A DNA stretch of 64,000 nucleotides from Mobula hypostoma (lineage: Eukaryota). The DNA lies in assembly GCF_963921235.1 (NCBI RefSeq), contig NC_086108.1, positions 47,122,001 through 47,186,000 on the forward strand, given 5' to 3'. The notes under the pieces are model-generated. The model saw nothing but the letters and a program-made list of their open reading frames with translations. It was not told the origin of the DNA and made no database searches. Positions 1-14,200 of this stretch are shown here, in pieces (the first letter of the stretch is position 1; the number at the start of each line of letters is the position of its first letter). The position numbers and the translations under genes were made by a program.

Positions 1-472
1 ATATCCCTTGCACAGAAATATCCTAAGGCACCTAGTTTTCAGCCATGTGTGGTAATCTTTTCCCATTAAAGCATTGCCTTGTGTTTGAAAGTGGTGAGGT
101 GATAGAGGGTTAGTATTCTAATTTACAAATATTGAACCCTTTAACATTTAGTTAATGTGTAGAAAATTAAGGAGGAGTTATTTTCCCTTAAGTAAGCTAA
201 TTGGGAAATATGTTTTGATGAAAACCATCTGTTGTAGGGGAGGGGTAATTCACTGCTGTGCTGGGATTTATGACCTCCAGTAAGATCTATTTCCTACTTA
301 AATTAGTTCACTTTGCCAGCTTTCTCCTCTTTCTGGTGTGCATAGCTCAAGCACTCACTGAGCTGCATAGACTGGAGACAGAAACAAGGTGAAGTCAGTC
401 ATTATGATTTTGCTTAATGGGCCATTTTCCAAATTGTAATAGAATTCAATCATGGAAAGTAAGATGAGCTGT

Positions 473-979
<507 letters not shown>

Positions 980-992
980 TGAGATTATTTAT

Positions 993-1258
993 TTAGCGAT
1001 ATGGCGTGGATCAGGCCTTTCTGGCCCTTCGAACTGCGCCATGCAGCAACCTCTGATGTAACCATAACCTAGTCACAGGACAATTTAAAATGATTAATAA
1101 ATCTGCTGACATGTACGTCTTTGGACTGTGGGAGGAAACCAGAGAATCCAGAGAAAACCCATGAGGAGGACGTACAAACTCCTTACACAGGACGCCAGGA
1201 TTGTACTCTGAACTCCAGCGTCCCGAGCTGTGGTAGCATCACCCAGGTAACCACTACA
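993..1258 (-). mobile_element. V-SINE (HE1-like) element
   Basis: ttggactgtgggaggaaacc...gaaaaccc...cgtacaaactcc is the reverse complement of the V-SINE central domain. The same motif occurs at about 27921-28050. Confidence 0.7.
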
Positions 1259-1882
1259 CTAGTAAGACGTAGCTCAAAAACGTCCAGGCTCATCACTATC
1301 ATGGGAGGGGTTAAGCAAAGTGAACACTTTCCCCCATATTACTTAATATTGTTATGGGCTTTCTATTAGACAGGGATGGGTATGGTTTCTATCAGTGAAC
1401 AGGCAATGCTTACCTCAGTGATGATTCAGACATTTCCACGAGTCAGTGGAGTATTGCAATTTTTTGGCACATCTTTGAATTTTATCCCCTATCTGCTTTC
1501 ACTGGGTTGCTGTTGCCTCAGCATAAACTGATAGCAAGAGTGACATTGAGGGTATTAGTTATATTACAGACACAAAAGAACTCTGTTGCAGAAATCGGTT
1601 ATCCAGCCCATCTTCTTGTGGAGGAGTATACAGTGCATGGGTGAACCAGTGCACATTTTTGGTTGAAATTCCAACAGCCATTATGACTTCTTTGTATATT
1701 GTGTTTTTAGTATTCACTGGAGAATTATTTTTTAAAAAAGGCAATATTTCTCATGTAAGATATCGGGGTAAATGGAAAGGTGGGCTTCAAGGAGCTACTT
1801 TAAGGAATAGAGGGGTAGAGTCGGGAGATTTTGAGAGTGATTTCTTGAGGTTTGGGCATTGGCTATCAAAGGCATGAATATG

Positions 1883-1990
1883 AATCTTTCTGTATTATTT
1901 CATCCATATGCACAATGCATTTCTTCATACAGTACAGCAAAGTTTTAGAAATTCAGTGTATTTGAAAAGTATTGTAGCTTTTACAACTAC
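1883..1990 (+). repeat. 108-bp perfect direct repeat, copy 2
   Basis: Identical to 473-580, offset 1410 bp. Confidence 0.95.
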
Positions 1991-2789
1991 ATGGTGTGAG
2001 TAAATTCAGATGCTCAAGAGGCCAAAATCACAAGGTGTGTCATGAGAATTTTAAAGCTGGAAGAGATTGCATTGTACATAAATTGTAAGATTTGAAAGCT
2101 TAACTGAGAATTTTTTTTTAAAAGGCCAGCACAAGTCAGAACTGGAGAAATGAGAATGAGTCGGAGCAAGTGCAGTATGTTTAGAGTGACGTTTATGGAA
2201 AGTAGCATGAGGGAGACTGGCCATGCATATAACAGAATAGTGGGCCCTAGAGATAATGTAAACATGTATGAGCATTTAAGCATTCAACAAGCTAAACAAG
2301 GCTGATCTTGAGGATGTACTGAGCAGGAAATATAAAATCTTGAAGAGGCATTGACCTGAGGTCCAAACTTCCTCAACAGAATTCATATGTCTACTTGGAA
2401 AAATGATGTAATTGGTGGTTAGGGAATTAAGATTTTTACTGAAGCTGAAGATAATGAAGCTGTTGATTTTCTTAATATTAGAGCAAGTTTCTGTTTTTTG
2501 CTGAGCTCTTCATTTTTGTTATTGGCAGTAAGAATGGGTGAGAAGGAAGCAGAGTTTAAGACAATTGCTTTCAGGAGAAAAAGAGGAGAGGGTCATCTTT
2601 GCTTTCTGGGATGATTTTGGAAAACCAAGCAGATTTGGCAGATGAAAGTAGGGGGCCAAGAATGCCTTATGAAGTCCGGCCAAATCTAATGTGGACGAAA
2701 CCAGTCATGTGGTGTTCATTTATGTTCAGCTAATGACCTTGCATATTTTAATGAATAGCACACATGCTGTCTCGTGTTAGTACAGTTAT

Positions 2790-3815
2790 TACTAGTATCA
2801 AAGTAGAATTTACAAGTACAGTCAAAGTACAATTTATCATATGCACAAATACACAAATACTCAGGTGCAATTAAAGCTTATATGCAGCAGCATCTCAGGC
2901 ACATAATATCATATGAACAGCATTCACAAGAAAATCATAAGTTAAACATAAAATATGCACACATTTTAGAAACATTAGAACAAAAAAAAGTCCATTTTAG
3001 CGCAAAGTTTCAAAGTGTTCATAGAGTTGCCAAAATGCAGAGATTAGGCTTGTGCAATTGGTTCAGGAACCAAATGGTTGAAAGGAAGTACCTGTTCTTG
3101 AACCTGATAGTGTTGTACTTCAAGGGTTTGTACCTCCTACCCAATGGTAGCTGTTAGAAGATGGCATGGACTGGATGATGTAAAATGTTGCCACCTTGAA
3201 ACTGTAGATTCTACTGATGGTAAGGAGGGATATGTCCGTGACGTATTGGGTAGAGTCCATTACACTCTGCAACTGCTTACATTCAGAATGCAATAGTTAG
3301 GATACTTTCAACAGAATGTATGTTGAAGTTTGTTAAAGAGTATTTGGTAGCAAGTGGAACCTCCAAAGAAAGTAAGATTCTTGGTGCATACTCCTTGTAA
3401 TTACATCAGTGTGTTGGGCCAGAACAGATCGCCTGATATGCCAGGAACTTAAGTCTGCTGACTCACTCTGCCCCCAGTCTCCAATCTAGACTGGGGCATG
3501 TTCTTGCTCTTTCTCCTTCCTGAACTTAACAATCAGCTCTTTAGTTTTAATGACATTGAGTGAGAGGTTGTTGTTGTGGCACCACTTAGCCAGGTGTCTT
3601 ACCTTGCTCCTGTACATGGACATAACCATCTGTAATGGTGGTGTTGTCAGTTAATTTCCATATGGAATTGGAGCTATGCTTAGCCAAGTAATGTATTATT
3701 AGAGAGTAGAGCTGGAGCCGAAGCACGCAGCCTTGAGGCACACCTGTGTTGATGATCATCAAGGAGGGGAAGTTGTTACCAATCCTCACTGATTGACATC
3801 TGCCAATGAGGAAGT
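2790..3815 (-). mobile_element. Degraded Rex1/Babar-like LINE 3' portion
   Basis: ORF remnant INTGVPQGCVL...KLTDNTTI. A smaller related piece lies at about 4325-4640. Confidence 0.7.
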
Positions 3816-3957
3816 TGAGTAGACCAAAAGAACAGAAAAAAGAATGTAAGTTGATGTAACAAAAGAAATCTACATCAGAATATGATCATATTATTTGTAA
3901 TGGCCTTTTAATGTGTGTGTCTACGTATTTGCAATTATGTTTCGTGGCTTATGTTAA

Positions 3958-4116
<159 letters not shown>

Positions 4117-4929
4117 TGACTTGTTTTTTGAACACTTTAAGTTCTTCCCTGCCAATCCTTTGCCTAGGGAATAAGATTCAAGATTGTTTATTGTTATTCT
4201 TCATTAAAGGAGAATGAAATGATTGTTACTCTGAATCTGGAGGATGCTTGTAATCTAGAATACATAGTTGAAGAGAGTGGTGGAGGCAAGTATTCTTACA
4301 ATGTTTCAAAATTATCTAGATAAGCCCTGAATGATTGAGGTCTGGTCCATAATCCTCCAGCTTCTTTATTCTGTAGTCATAAATCATTTCTTTGGTTTTT
4401 GCTGATGTGGAGTAAGAGGTTGTTTTGTCACCATTTAATATCCCTCCTATATGCTTATTTGTCACCACCTTTGATTCAGCCAATAATAGTGGTGTTGTCA
4501 GCAAACTTAAATACAGCATTGCCACTATACTTAGCCATATAATGATAAGTATAAAATAAGTAGAGCAGGGGGCTAAGCACACAGCCCTGTTGTGCACCTG
4601 TGCTAGTGGAGGAGATCTTGTTGCCAACCCAAACTTCCCCTGTATCTTCAAATGCAAATTAGGTGGTCAATATCTTATTGCTTTTCATGACCTAATAGGT
4701 TATAGGACTTTCCACAGCAATAGCGATAAATCCTTTGTTTTTCTTAAATACTTAAGGACAACCTAGCATTATGTGAATAAACATTCGTAAAACATTATCC
4801 TAAGTTTAGGCAATTACGTCTTTATAAAATTCCAAATAAAAATAATGATTTTTTTTTGTGCAGCTGCCCATGAAGTTGCGTAAACACATGGATTATCAAT
4901 GAAAATAATGTGTGATTTTATGTCGTTAG

Positions 4930-5107
4930 GTGTTTGTACTTTGGAACCCCCTTTTTACATCGTTACTGAGTACATGCCACATGGGAATTTACTGGACTAT
5001 CTACGTGAATGCAATCGGGAGGAGGTGAACGCTGTGGTGCTCTTATATATGGCTACACAGATCTCCTCTGCCATGGAGTACCTGGAGAAAAAGAACTTCA
5101 TTCACAG
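4930..5107 (+). CDS. ABL2: ABL2 kinase exon (gatekeeper Thr to FIHR)
   Basis: ttag| acceptor, AG|gtcagg donor, 178 bp. Translates [32 protein letters not shown]...KKNFIHR. Confidence 0.97.
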
Positions 5108-5149
5108 GTCAGGCATACTAAATAATACAAAGTACTCTTGTATTATTTA

Positions 5150-5390
5150 CCTGTGGAATTCGTTGCTGTGGAGGCCAAGTCATTGGATGTACTTAAAGTG
5201 GAGGTTGATAGGTTCTTGATTAAAGATTACAGGGAGAAAGCAGGAGAATGGGGCGGAGAGGGATCATAAATCAGCCATGATGGAATGGCGGAGCAGAATC
5301 GATGGGCCGGATGGCATCGATTGGGTTGGCAAATCGATGGGCCGGATGGCATCAGACTTTGGTCTGCTCTTGTGTCCTATGGTTTTATGC
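5150..5390 (+). mobile_element. CR1 LINE 3' tail fragment with internal tandem duplication (aatcgatgggccggatggcatc x2)
   Basis: Matches the 3' ends of the CR1 copies at 38645-38890 and 47040-47450. Confidence 0.75.
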
Positions 5391-5559
5391 CTTCCAGAAT
5401 TATGGTTCAATAATTGGCTGGAGTCTCTCTCTTTTATGTTGGCATGTTGAGCAACTCTTGAAAATTGCATGGTATTTGAAATTTCCACAAATTCAGTAAA
5501 AAACAACTTATTATGAAATCTACATGTTATTTGCCATATTGTTGATTAAATCTGTTTAA

Positions 5560-5781
<222 letters not shown>

Positions 5782-5829
5782 TAATGATCATTGGATTCAA
5801 GACAAATTGCTTCATTTGTCAGAGATACT

Positions 5830-6575
5830 GTGCTGATTTCAATTTCTGGTACGCTAGAGACGTGCTGGGACGCAGCAACCTCTGCTGGGCCAACCAAAGG
5901 TGTTATTGTCTTTTTAAATGTATTTGTTGCGATCGCAAGACCCTGCTGGACATCAAGAACTTAATGTACTGCAGGTCTACCCCATCAACGAGTTGCTCGT
6001 TGGTGGAGAAACTGAAGGAACTGGACATGATGTGGATCATGCCTTTGTCAGAGAGCTGTCAGTGAGCGAAGGCAGTGTGCAGTCTGACCGCAAGTGATTA
6101 CCTTAGTTACTTTTCTTGTGCTCACAAGATCCTGTTGAACATTGGTAGTGTGGAATGCTGTGAGTCCGATTCACTGCTTTATGAGTTTATGTGGTGGAGC
6201 TGTGTGGCCTCAGTTGTAGCGAGGACTTGGCCTCAAATCGAGGTGTCGCCTGTTTGCATCTGACCAAGAGAGAGGCATCGGAGTTGATGTGCTTCACCAG
6301 AGGCAGTGTGGTGCAGTGTCTTTGCTGGAGTCAGTGCTGCCCTCCAGTGTTTGCCTGGCAGAAGACAAGATGTATTGTGTTTGACTGCAGAATGCTACAA
6401 TGTTCATGGACTAAAGGACCTGGGCTATTTTTTTTATGACTGTATTTTACTGCTGTCTTGTGTGCCTTGTGCTTTGAATGACTGTTGGTACTGTGGTTTG
6501 CACTTTAGCCGGGAGTAATGCTGTATTCTGTATTCATGTATGGTTGAACAACAAAGTTAAAGTTGAACTTGAACA
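5830..6575 (+). repeat. Unclassified interspersed repeat / non-autonomous retroelement
   Basis: CpG-richer than the surrounding intron, has internal diverged repeats (gatcgcaagaccctgctggacat / gctcacaagatcctgttgaacat) and a (ttgaac)n-type tail. Confidence 0.4.
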
Positions 6576-6874
6576 TGCTCACTTTTGAACTCAAGATTAA
6601 TATTGAAACAATTTGTTATTTTGGAATATTGAAGACAAAAACCATTTACTCTTAAAATTCCTCTATTTTATTCAACATTTTCTTCCCAATTCCAGCCCTG
6701 TTGCTGAAATTTATTGTCAGAGTTTAATTTTCTGGTTATGATATGTGATTCTTACAAGCGCAATAAGAGTAAAATCCTAAAAATGTGTTGCTTTATAAAT
6801 GTCATCCTACTTCCACGTAACTTTTTCCATTACCTGGTGGGCATAATTACTGTATGTTTGGAAATTTGGAAAAA

Positions 6875-7160
6875 GTCAGAGTCATGAATAAACACAGAAA
6901 GGAAGCAGGTACTTCGGCCCAACACATCTGTGCCGACAATAGTGTCTTCCTGAGCTCATCCCATTTGTCCCATATCCCTTTGACCTTGTCTTTGGACTGG
7001 TCCACGTGAAGATCCAAATGTCTATTAAACACCATGATTGTACCCACCTCTGCCACTTGCTGTGGTAGCTTGTTCCATTTGCCAACTACCATCTGTGCAG
7101 ATAAACTGACTCCTCTGGTCTCCTTTAAATCTTTTCTTCTCGCCCTACTTTGTATTTGAC
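6875..7160 (-). mobile_element. Old CR1 3' tail fragment
   Basis: Remnant ORF VVGKWNKLPQQVAEVGT resembles the CR1 ORF2 C-terminus of other copies here. Confidence 0.65.
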
Positions 7161-7285
7161 ACCTCAATCAGCAGCAAGGTTGCAATATGTTTAGCTAATT
7201 ATTTTTGAGAGGGATTGACTACCTCGTGATTGCGTTGACAGTGGATGGTTAATTGTTTCAGGTGTTGATGCAGAGGAATTATTAA

Positions 7286-7471
<186 letters not shown>

Positions 7472-8115
7472 TAATATGCTATGATAAATAGTTAGGACAG
7501 ATGTTTCAATTATTTGTTCATGTTGTTAAAAATGTGAATTACTTTAAGTAAGCAAGAATCACATTTTACTTGTGTGTCACCATGTGTGTTAGTGAATCCA
7601 TGGGAAAGGAAATGTGATAAGATTGCAGTGATCCTTTACGTTTGGTGAAATCAAGTAGCCAAGCTATTCTCAACATGTAAATTGCATTAACATGTTGGGA
7701 ATGAAATATTCTGGCCCATATCTCCAATATTCACAAATTTTAAGTGAATGCCTACATGATGTAATGCACGGAAAGCCAGGGCCCATTTTAAAATGACAAT
7801 CCTTTTCATGTTACAGATGTGGTTCTATTTTTGATTAGACTTACTGTACTCTTGTGGAGTACTCCTCAAAGGCAATCAATTAAAGAGTTTAAAAAAAAAA
7901 ATGTGCTTCATATATTTAGCAAACCCACCACTCCAGATTGGAACTATTTGCCGTGATTTAATTTGAAAAAGACAACAACATTTTGTGTTTAACCTTCAAA
8001 CTGGGTGGTACATATTATTGCAGAAGTATGAGTGCTACTCAAAAAGCAAGAACTAACTTATTTCATGGACTGAAGGCACATAACCATGTTTAATGTGTCT
8101 GCTTTAATTTCTAAG

Positions 8116-8205
8116 GCTGGCAGTGGAATCCCATGGAGCGGCCATTGTTCGCTGAGATCCATCAAGCATTTGAGACCATGTTTCATGACTCCAGCATTTC
8201 AGAAG
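8116..8205 (+). CDS. ABL2: ABL2 end of kinase exon ([30 protein letters not shown])
   Basis: ctaag| acceptor, G|gtaaag donor, 90 bp. Confidence 0.95.
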
Positions 8206-8661
8206 GTAAAGTATTGCATTTTGCTAATATTTTCATCATTTATATAAAATTTCATCATTGCTGTTCCTAGAACACACAATATTATTGCCATTAATATCAC
8301 AAACTGAACACAAACTGCTGTTAATTGTAAGCAGAACAACAAGAACTGCCCTGTCTGCTGGTTTGCAGTGGCTACACATAGACATTTACTGATGCATTTG
8401 TGTCATCGATTTATATGGCAAAATGATACTTTTAAATAAACCGAGATCAATGTGAAATAAGAGCAAGTAGACATTCATATTGGAAGAGTATGGAAGAAAA
8501 ATGATACAACCCATCATGGTAACCATGTACATCATTCTTAGTTGTATTTTGTTCCTCCATCACATCCTACCTCTCTATCTTGATTTTTTAATTTTTTTTT
8601 ATCAGTTATGAAGACTAAAATTAGTAATTCACACTTGTTAGTGCTGCTTTTCCTCTTGCAG

Positions 8662-8823
8662 AAGTTGCAGAAGAACTTGGAAAAACGGCCTCTTCGACTG
8701 TGATCACTCAGCACTTTCAGTTACCATTGCTTCCAACTAAAACCAGGACACTAAAGAAAAGTGCAGAAAATAAGGAAAATATGGACATGGATCATCCTGC
8801 TGTAGCTCATACTGTGGTAGCAG
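8662..8823 (+). CDS. ABL2: ABL2 penultimate exon (EVAEELGKTASS...PLLPTKTRTLKKSAENKEN..., PxxP motif)
   Basis: ttgcag| acceptor, CAG|gtac donor, 162 bp, phase 1 at both ends. Confidence 0.93.
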
Positions 8824-9536
8824 GTACTTGTTGCAAGTTGTAGTTTTTTTCCCATTTTGTTCTAATTTTTTTCTCTAACCCTTCTCGTGAAACTTCTGAA
8901 ATAAACTTTCGTGGGGAAGGTAGGTGAACACCTCAGGTCTGCTGCCTCTACTTTTAATTTCATATTGATTATGCTTATATTTACGTAATGAGTTTCTTTA
9001 GTCCAAGTGACAGTGTCCTCATTTCTCTCCAAAAGTTAAATTTGGTTCATGCCTTTCAAAACTTAACATGCGGTAGGATACAAGGTGAATTGAAATATGA
9101 CCGTACTTGGCTGTCTATTTTGTGATTAATTTTTAAGTGCAGTAGTAAATCTGAGTGGGTTTTAAATTCAGCTTTTAAAATCCTGTTGTGTTTTTTTTTG
9201 GAGCAAATGCAAAAAATGTTGTGTTCATAGCCAGAAAGACTTCATTTTCTGTACACTGCTACATTTTTATTAGCACTGAAAATTTAATTGAATGATAACA
9301 TCATAAAATAAGCAATAATATCAGTGAATAGTTGTGACAGGAAAACTTAGAAACTAGAAATTGAGCATAAAGTTTGCAACATGCAGGGAAACAAATATAA
9401 CTACAAAGGGGGAAAATGAGAACATAAAGCAAAAGCTGGAGACAGAAAAAAGATAATAAATATTGAGCAGTTAAAATACACTGTCACCATTTTTGGCTTA
9501 CATTTCCTATCTTTTTCTTTTCCCCAATACGAATAG

Positions 9537-11233
9537 GAACAAGTACAGCCCCATGTAGCATCTCCCCAGCACTGCCTCGTAAGCAGAGAGATAAATCTCC
9601 TAGTGGCCTCCTGGATGATAGCAAAGAGACCCTGTTTACTCGAGATAGAAAAGCTGGTTTCTTCAGTTCCTTCATGAAGAAGAAGACTGTTCCTATGCCA
9701 CCGAAGCGCAGCAGTTCCTTCCGTGAGATGGAGAACCACCCCCACAAAAAATACGAGATAACGGGTAACTTTGCTTCTTTCTCATCTTTTCAGCACTCTG
9801 ATGGGCTTGCATTCGTTCATTCACATGCAGAAGGGAATTTCACACAGTCTAGATGTTGTGGAAGGGGTTCTGTGCAAAGAAATGGAGGTGTAACTAGTGG
9901 AGGGTGGGCAGGATTTGCTGGATTTTTCACTCCTCGCTTAATAAAAAGAACACTTGGCTTAAAACCAGGGAAGCCTTCAAGTAATGATGATTCAAGCTTG
10001 GAAGCCACCAAACCATTTCCTCGGTCAAATTCTACTTCTTCCATGTCTTCAGGGCTTCAGGAACTGGATCGTCTAGCCTTAACCCTTCCTAGAAATTGCC
10101 ACCGCAACAGAATTCAGCTCGAGCACCCAATGCCGTACACTCCCAAGGAGGAAGGACCGGGGAGATTGACAGATCCACTGCACAGAAAAGCAGAAGATGG
10201 AGTTGCTTCATTGAGAGACAAGTCAAAAGCAAAACTTTTGGCAAGATGTGCTGTAGCACCATCTCTCAAGCAACACCATACAGGCAACGGAGATGCTGAT
10301 CTTCCCCAGAATGTCAACACAGTATCAGCTGGACATGGAGAAACTAATAGTAATCATTCTGGTCAACTAGCAATGAAAGAGGATATGGAGAAGACAAGTT
10401 GGTCTTCACCAGTAAAAGTTTCTACAATTCCAGCAGCACATAATCATAAAGTACCTGTTCTTATATCACCAACATTGAAGCATGCGCCTGCGGAAGTTCA
10501 GCTGATTGGAACTGATTCTCTTGGAAACAAATTTAAACTCCTGTCAGAGCATCAGGTTGCATCAGAGAGAGAGAGGCCAAGGCTTGTGAAACCAAAATGT
10601 GCACCCCCTCCACCCCCACCTTCCCTAAAACTATTACAACCACCTCCTAGCACTAATTTCAACAGCACAGAAACGGTGGAGGACTTAGAAAGTGTTTCAG
10701 CAGCACAGGAGAGTGAGGTAAATGGTGAAGGTAGCAAACGACCAACAATAGCAGTGTTTGGGAAGATCCCTAGGCCATCTGTTCCACCCCCTCAAGTGCC
10801 TCCAGGTTCATCCATTCCCACGGCAACTTCTTCTAAACTTGCAAACGGTACCTCTGTATCAACAGGTGCTCGAGTTTCCTTGCGAAAAACCAAGCTCCCA
10901 CCAGAGAAGATGCCAACAGAAAAAATCAGTAAAGAAGCATTATTGGAGTGTGCTGAGCTTCTTTCCAATGTTATTGACAATGATTCAGAGTCCACTTCTA
11001 ACAGCCAGTTAGTTGAAGCAGGACATCGGTTGCTTGATCATTGCTCTGGTTACGTGGACTGTATCACTCAAATGAGAAACAAGTTTGCTTTCCGAGAAGC
11101 TGTGAGCAAATTAGAGCACAGTTTGCATGAACTTCAGGTGTCATCCACAGCTTCTACTGGACCTCCTACAAACCCTGTACTCAGTAACTTACTGACATGT
11201 GTTAGAGAGCTAAGTGATATTGTACAGAGGTAG
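9537..11233 (+). CDS. ABL2: ABL2 last coding exon (PxxP motifs, cytoskeleton-binding regions, C-terminal F-actin-binding domain)
   Basis: First AG after the pyrimidine tract (9535-9536) gives the frame of the 9674-11233 ORF. Contains SPALPRKQRDKSP, PPKRSSSFREME, HNHKVPVLISPTLKH and RNKFAFREAVSKLE, and ends DIVQR*. Confidence 0.95.
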
Positions 11234-14200
11234 CTGAGAAGGTTTGTGAAAGGTTTACTGACTTGTTTATTATCTGAAGTACCTCAGCAAATGTTCAGCT
11301 CTTTAATGTTTACAGATTCATCTCTCTTTGTCAGTTGAGTCATGAGTAGAGCTGTCTATGCATAATCAAGACTGCAGGAGGGGAAGGGAAATGCCACCTC
11401 CAACAACAGTTGCAGGATTGGAAAATTTATGGAAATAGTCCAAAAACAACTTTTTGGGCCTTGGCCCAATTAAGTTCTTTTTGTCCTCCTGGACAGTCCT
11501 AAGGGACTCTTAAACTTTGAATAGCAAGTTAATCTAAAGTGTGAAGATGTGATCATAATTGAAATGAATTACAACAGTGTAATCATTAGGTTTAATTTGA
11601 ATTTTTGGATGGACATACCACAGAAAGCGTTTGTACTTAAAGGCAATTTGCTTTAATGCTATGTCACTGGCTATTAGCTTCACAGTGAGAACTAACTTCC
11701 AGGTATCAAGCTATCATTCACCTGGTGCATGCTGTAAGTACACCAAATTTAGAAGGATAAATTCCCTGTGCCATACCAGGTGTTTTTCTATAGTTCATGT
11801 TGGCACAGTGTGAACTGTAATGCGGCCACTTATTAACCTTTGCTGCATGATTGCTGAATAAAACTTGACTTGTCCTTCATATCTGGTAATTAAATTGCTG
11901 AGCGCAGTTTCCTCTTGAAAACAGCAGAGGGCATCAACTAGACAAAATTGTAATTTCAATTGACCCAAACTTGAATTTGGATTGATGATTATTTTGGTAA
12001 CCCCCAATGAAGCAAGACTCCACCTCTGCAATGCTCTGTATCTTTGTCAACAGTATTGGAATTCTATGAGAATGCTATATCCAAAGTCCCTCAGAACTGT
12101 CATGGAGTTTATAACTTACCTCTGTTGTTGCCTCTCAAAGCAGACTTCATGTTTATATTTTTGGTGAATGGAGAAAAAAATGTTATGCAGCAGAATCTGC
12201 TACGACTCGAGAATGTGAATTGTATTACTTTTTGAATTGCTAAGTGAATCTACTGTGTTTGCTGTGAGTGTAGAAAATGGCATCCTTAATCATGGAAGTG
12301 GATAGTAGGAAAACTACTACATTCAGTGTTTGTAACAAGGAACATTTACCCATAGCCCCACTCCCACCACATGTAATCACCCTGATACAAATAGCAAAGA
12401 AAATGCATACATATCAGAATCACTTCTTAAGCCATGTATCTTAAAGAGATGCTCTAAGTTATCTCAGTGAAACTTATTCAGTGACATGGAGTGCTTGTGT
12501 ATTGCAGTTGTAACAGTAACTGCTAAAAGAATACAAATTCTTAATACAAGCTTATGCCCATAAATTAAAAATAGTAGGTTTGAGAAATAACTGGATCCCT
12601 TCATAATTTTGACAAGTTCATTTAGATACTTTATAAATATTTCTTTACTTTTTAAGATGAGCACAATGAATGGCCAATAAATCCATACTTAGTATCACGT
12701 GCTTCTTTGGCCCATCTCACGCTACTGTTTCTGAAGACATGATTTGATTGTCCTTTTGAGCCATTTTAATTATACTCGTGTTACTGGGGAATTTTTTTCA
12801 TCTCCTGCAGCACTTACCCAGGCATATTACTACCACTCAAAATAGCCATATGCAGGTGCTTTGGTCCAACACTAGATAATTTCTACTAAAGGTTTTTTAA
12901 ATGAGCAAATTTGAAGAAAATTTTGAGGTTTAACTATGCCCGTACCAGGGTGGTGAAGGAATGAGCTACAGAAAAATGTGCATTTTAACAATGGGATTTG
13001 AGGCTGACCATATAAACCCGTCAATAACGTAGTCAAACTTCCTAATACATTGTCAGATTGCATCAAAGAAACATGCATCTTTTTGAATTAGGATCATGGA
13101 TCAGAAGCAAAACACAAAGCCCATGTTTCACTTCCCTCACAGCAACCACCATGTCTGGTGGGACTAAGAAGATTACCTTTTTTGTGTAGAAAGATTGAAT
13201 AACTCTGCTGTGTCCAATGAAATACAGATTTGTCATTTATCATTTGTGAATGCTGTGACCATCTGATCATGTTTGCAGTATTACCTGTGGACTGTCGTTT
13301 CAGACTATCAGCTGCTGTTAATTTGCAGAATTATTCTGTGTGCATTGATACCAAAGGTCACTTGGTTCTGTATTTTTTTTCTGTGCAATTTAAGCTGGGT
13401 CAAACTCACTTTTGATTTCATAGGGACTTCTGAAATTATGATTTATATTTATAGTGATGACAATTTGGTATACATAACAGAAGACCCAGCTGTACATGAG
13501 GCCAAATCCAATAAAATGATTTGGAATAGTACAGTGAAGTCACACTGTCTTATAACCAGGCTTGTAACTTTGATCTTTACTTTCCATTGTAAATTTCTGT
13601 AAAATCTCATTGACTCCCTCACAATTACTCTATTTAATCACCACCTTGTCATATTTAATTCTTCAGTGAAGAACTTCAAAATGTTTTTTCTTGTTCAACA
13701 CAAAGCCATTTGTGGATTTGGAAATAAACCTGAAATATCAATCCTGCTAGCAATGGGCATCTATTAAATTAGTAATATATTATCATTGGAATTTCCTGGT
13801 TTGTGCCTCCTGATAACCTCAGATGATAGTGATGTAAGTGCTATATTTAGCCACAGCATCTTTTGTGCCCTGTTGATCACTTTTACAGAGGAGCCAAGAG
13901 TCAAATCCCACTTCCAGTCTCTTTTTTAAAAAAACTTGAGTCCTGAATTGAGATAATTGAAAAATTAAATGCTGCTGTGATAAACACTGCAGTTTTGAGT
14001 CTAAAGATGAAATTTTAATAATCCATTATGCAATTTATGCAGAATTAGGGAGTAAGTGTCATGATCCTTGGCTGGGCTTGGAAAAATATTGGACTTCAAG
14101 CCACAGGAATGAGCCTGGATTGTAGGATAGGTATTCTATTAATGGGAATAATACAATATAGATGTGATATGGCAAATTTGCTCTCTTTTACACCAGCATA

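Noticed and set aside
9401..11012. Antisense and alternate-frame ORFs over the last exon
   Set aside because: Shadow ORFs of the ABL2 coding sequence with no independent signals.
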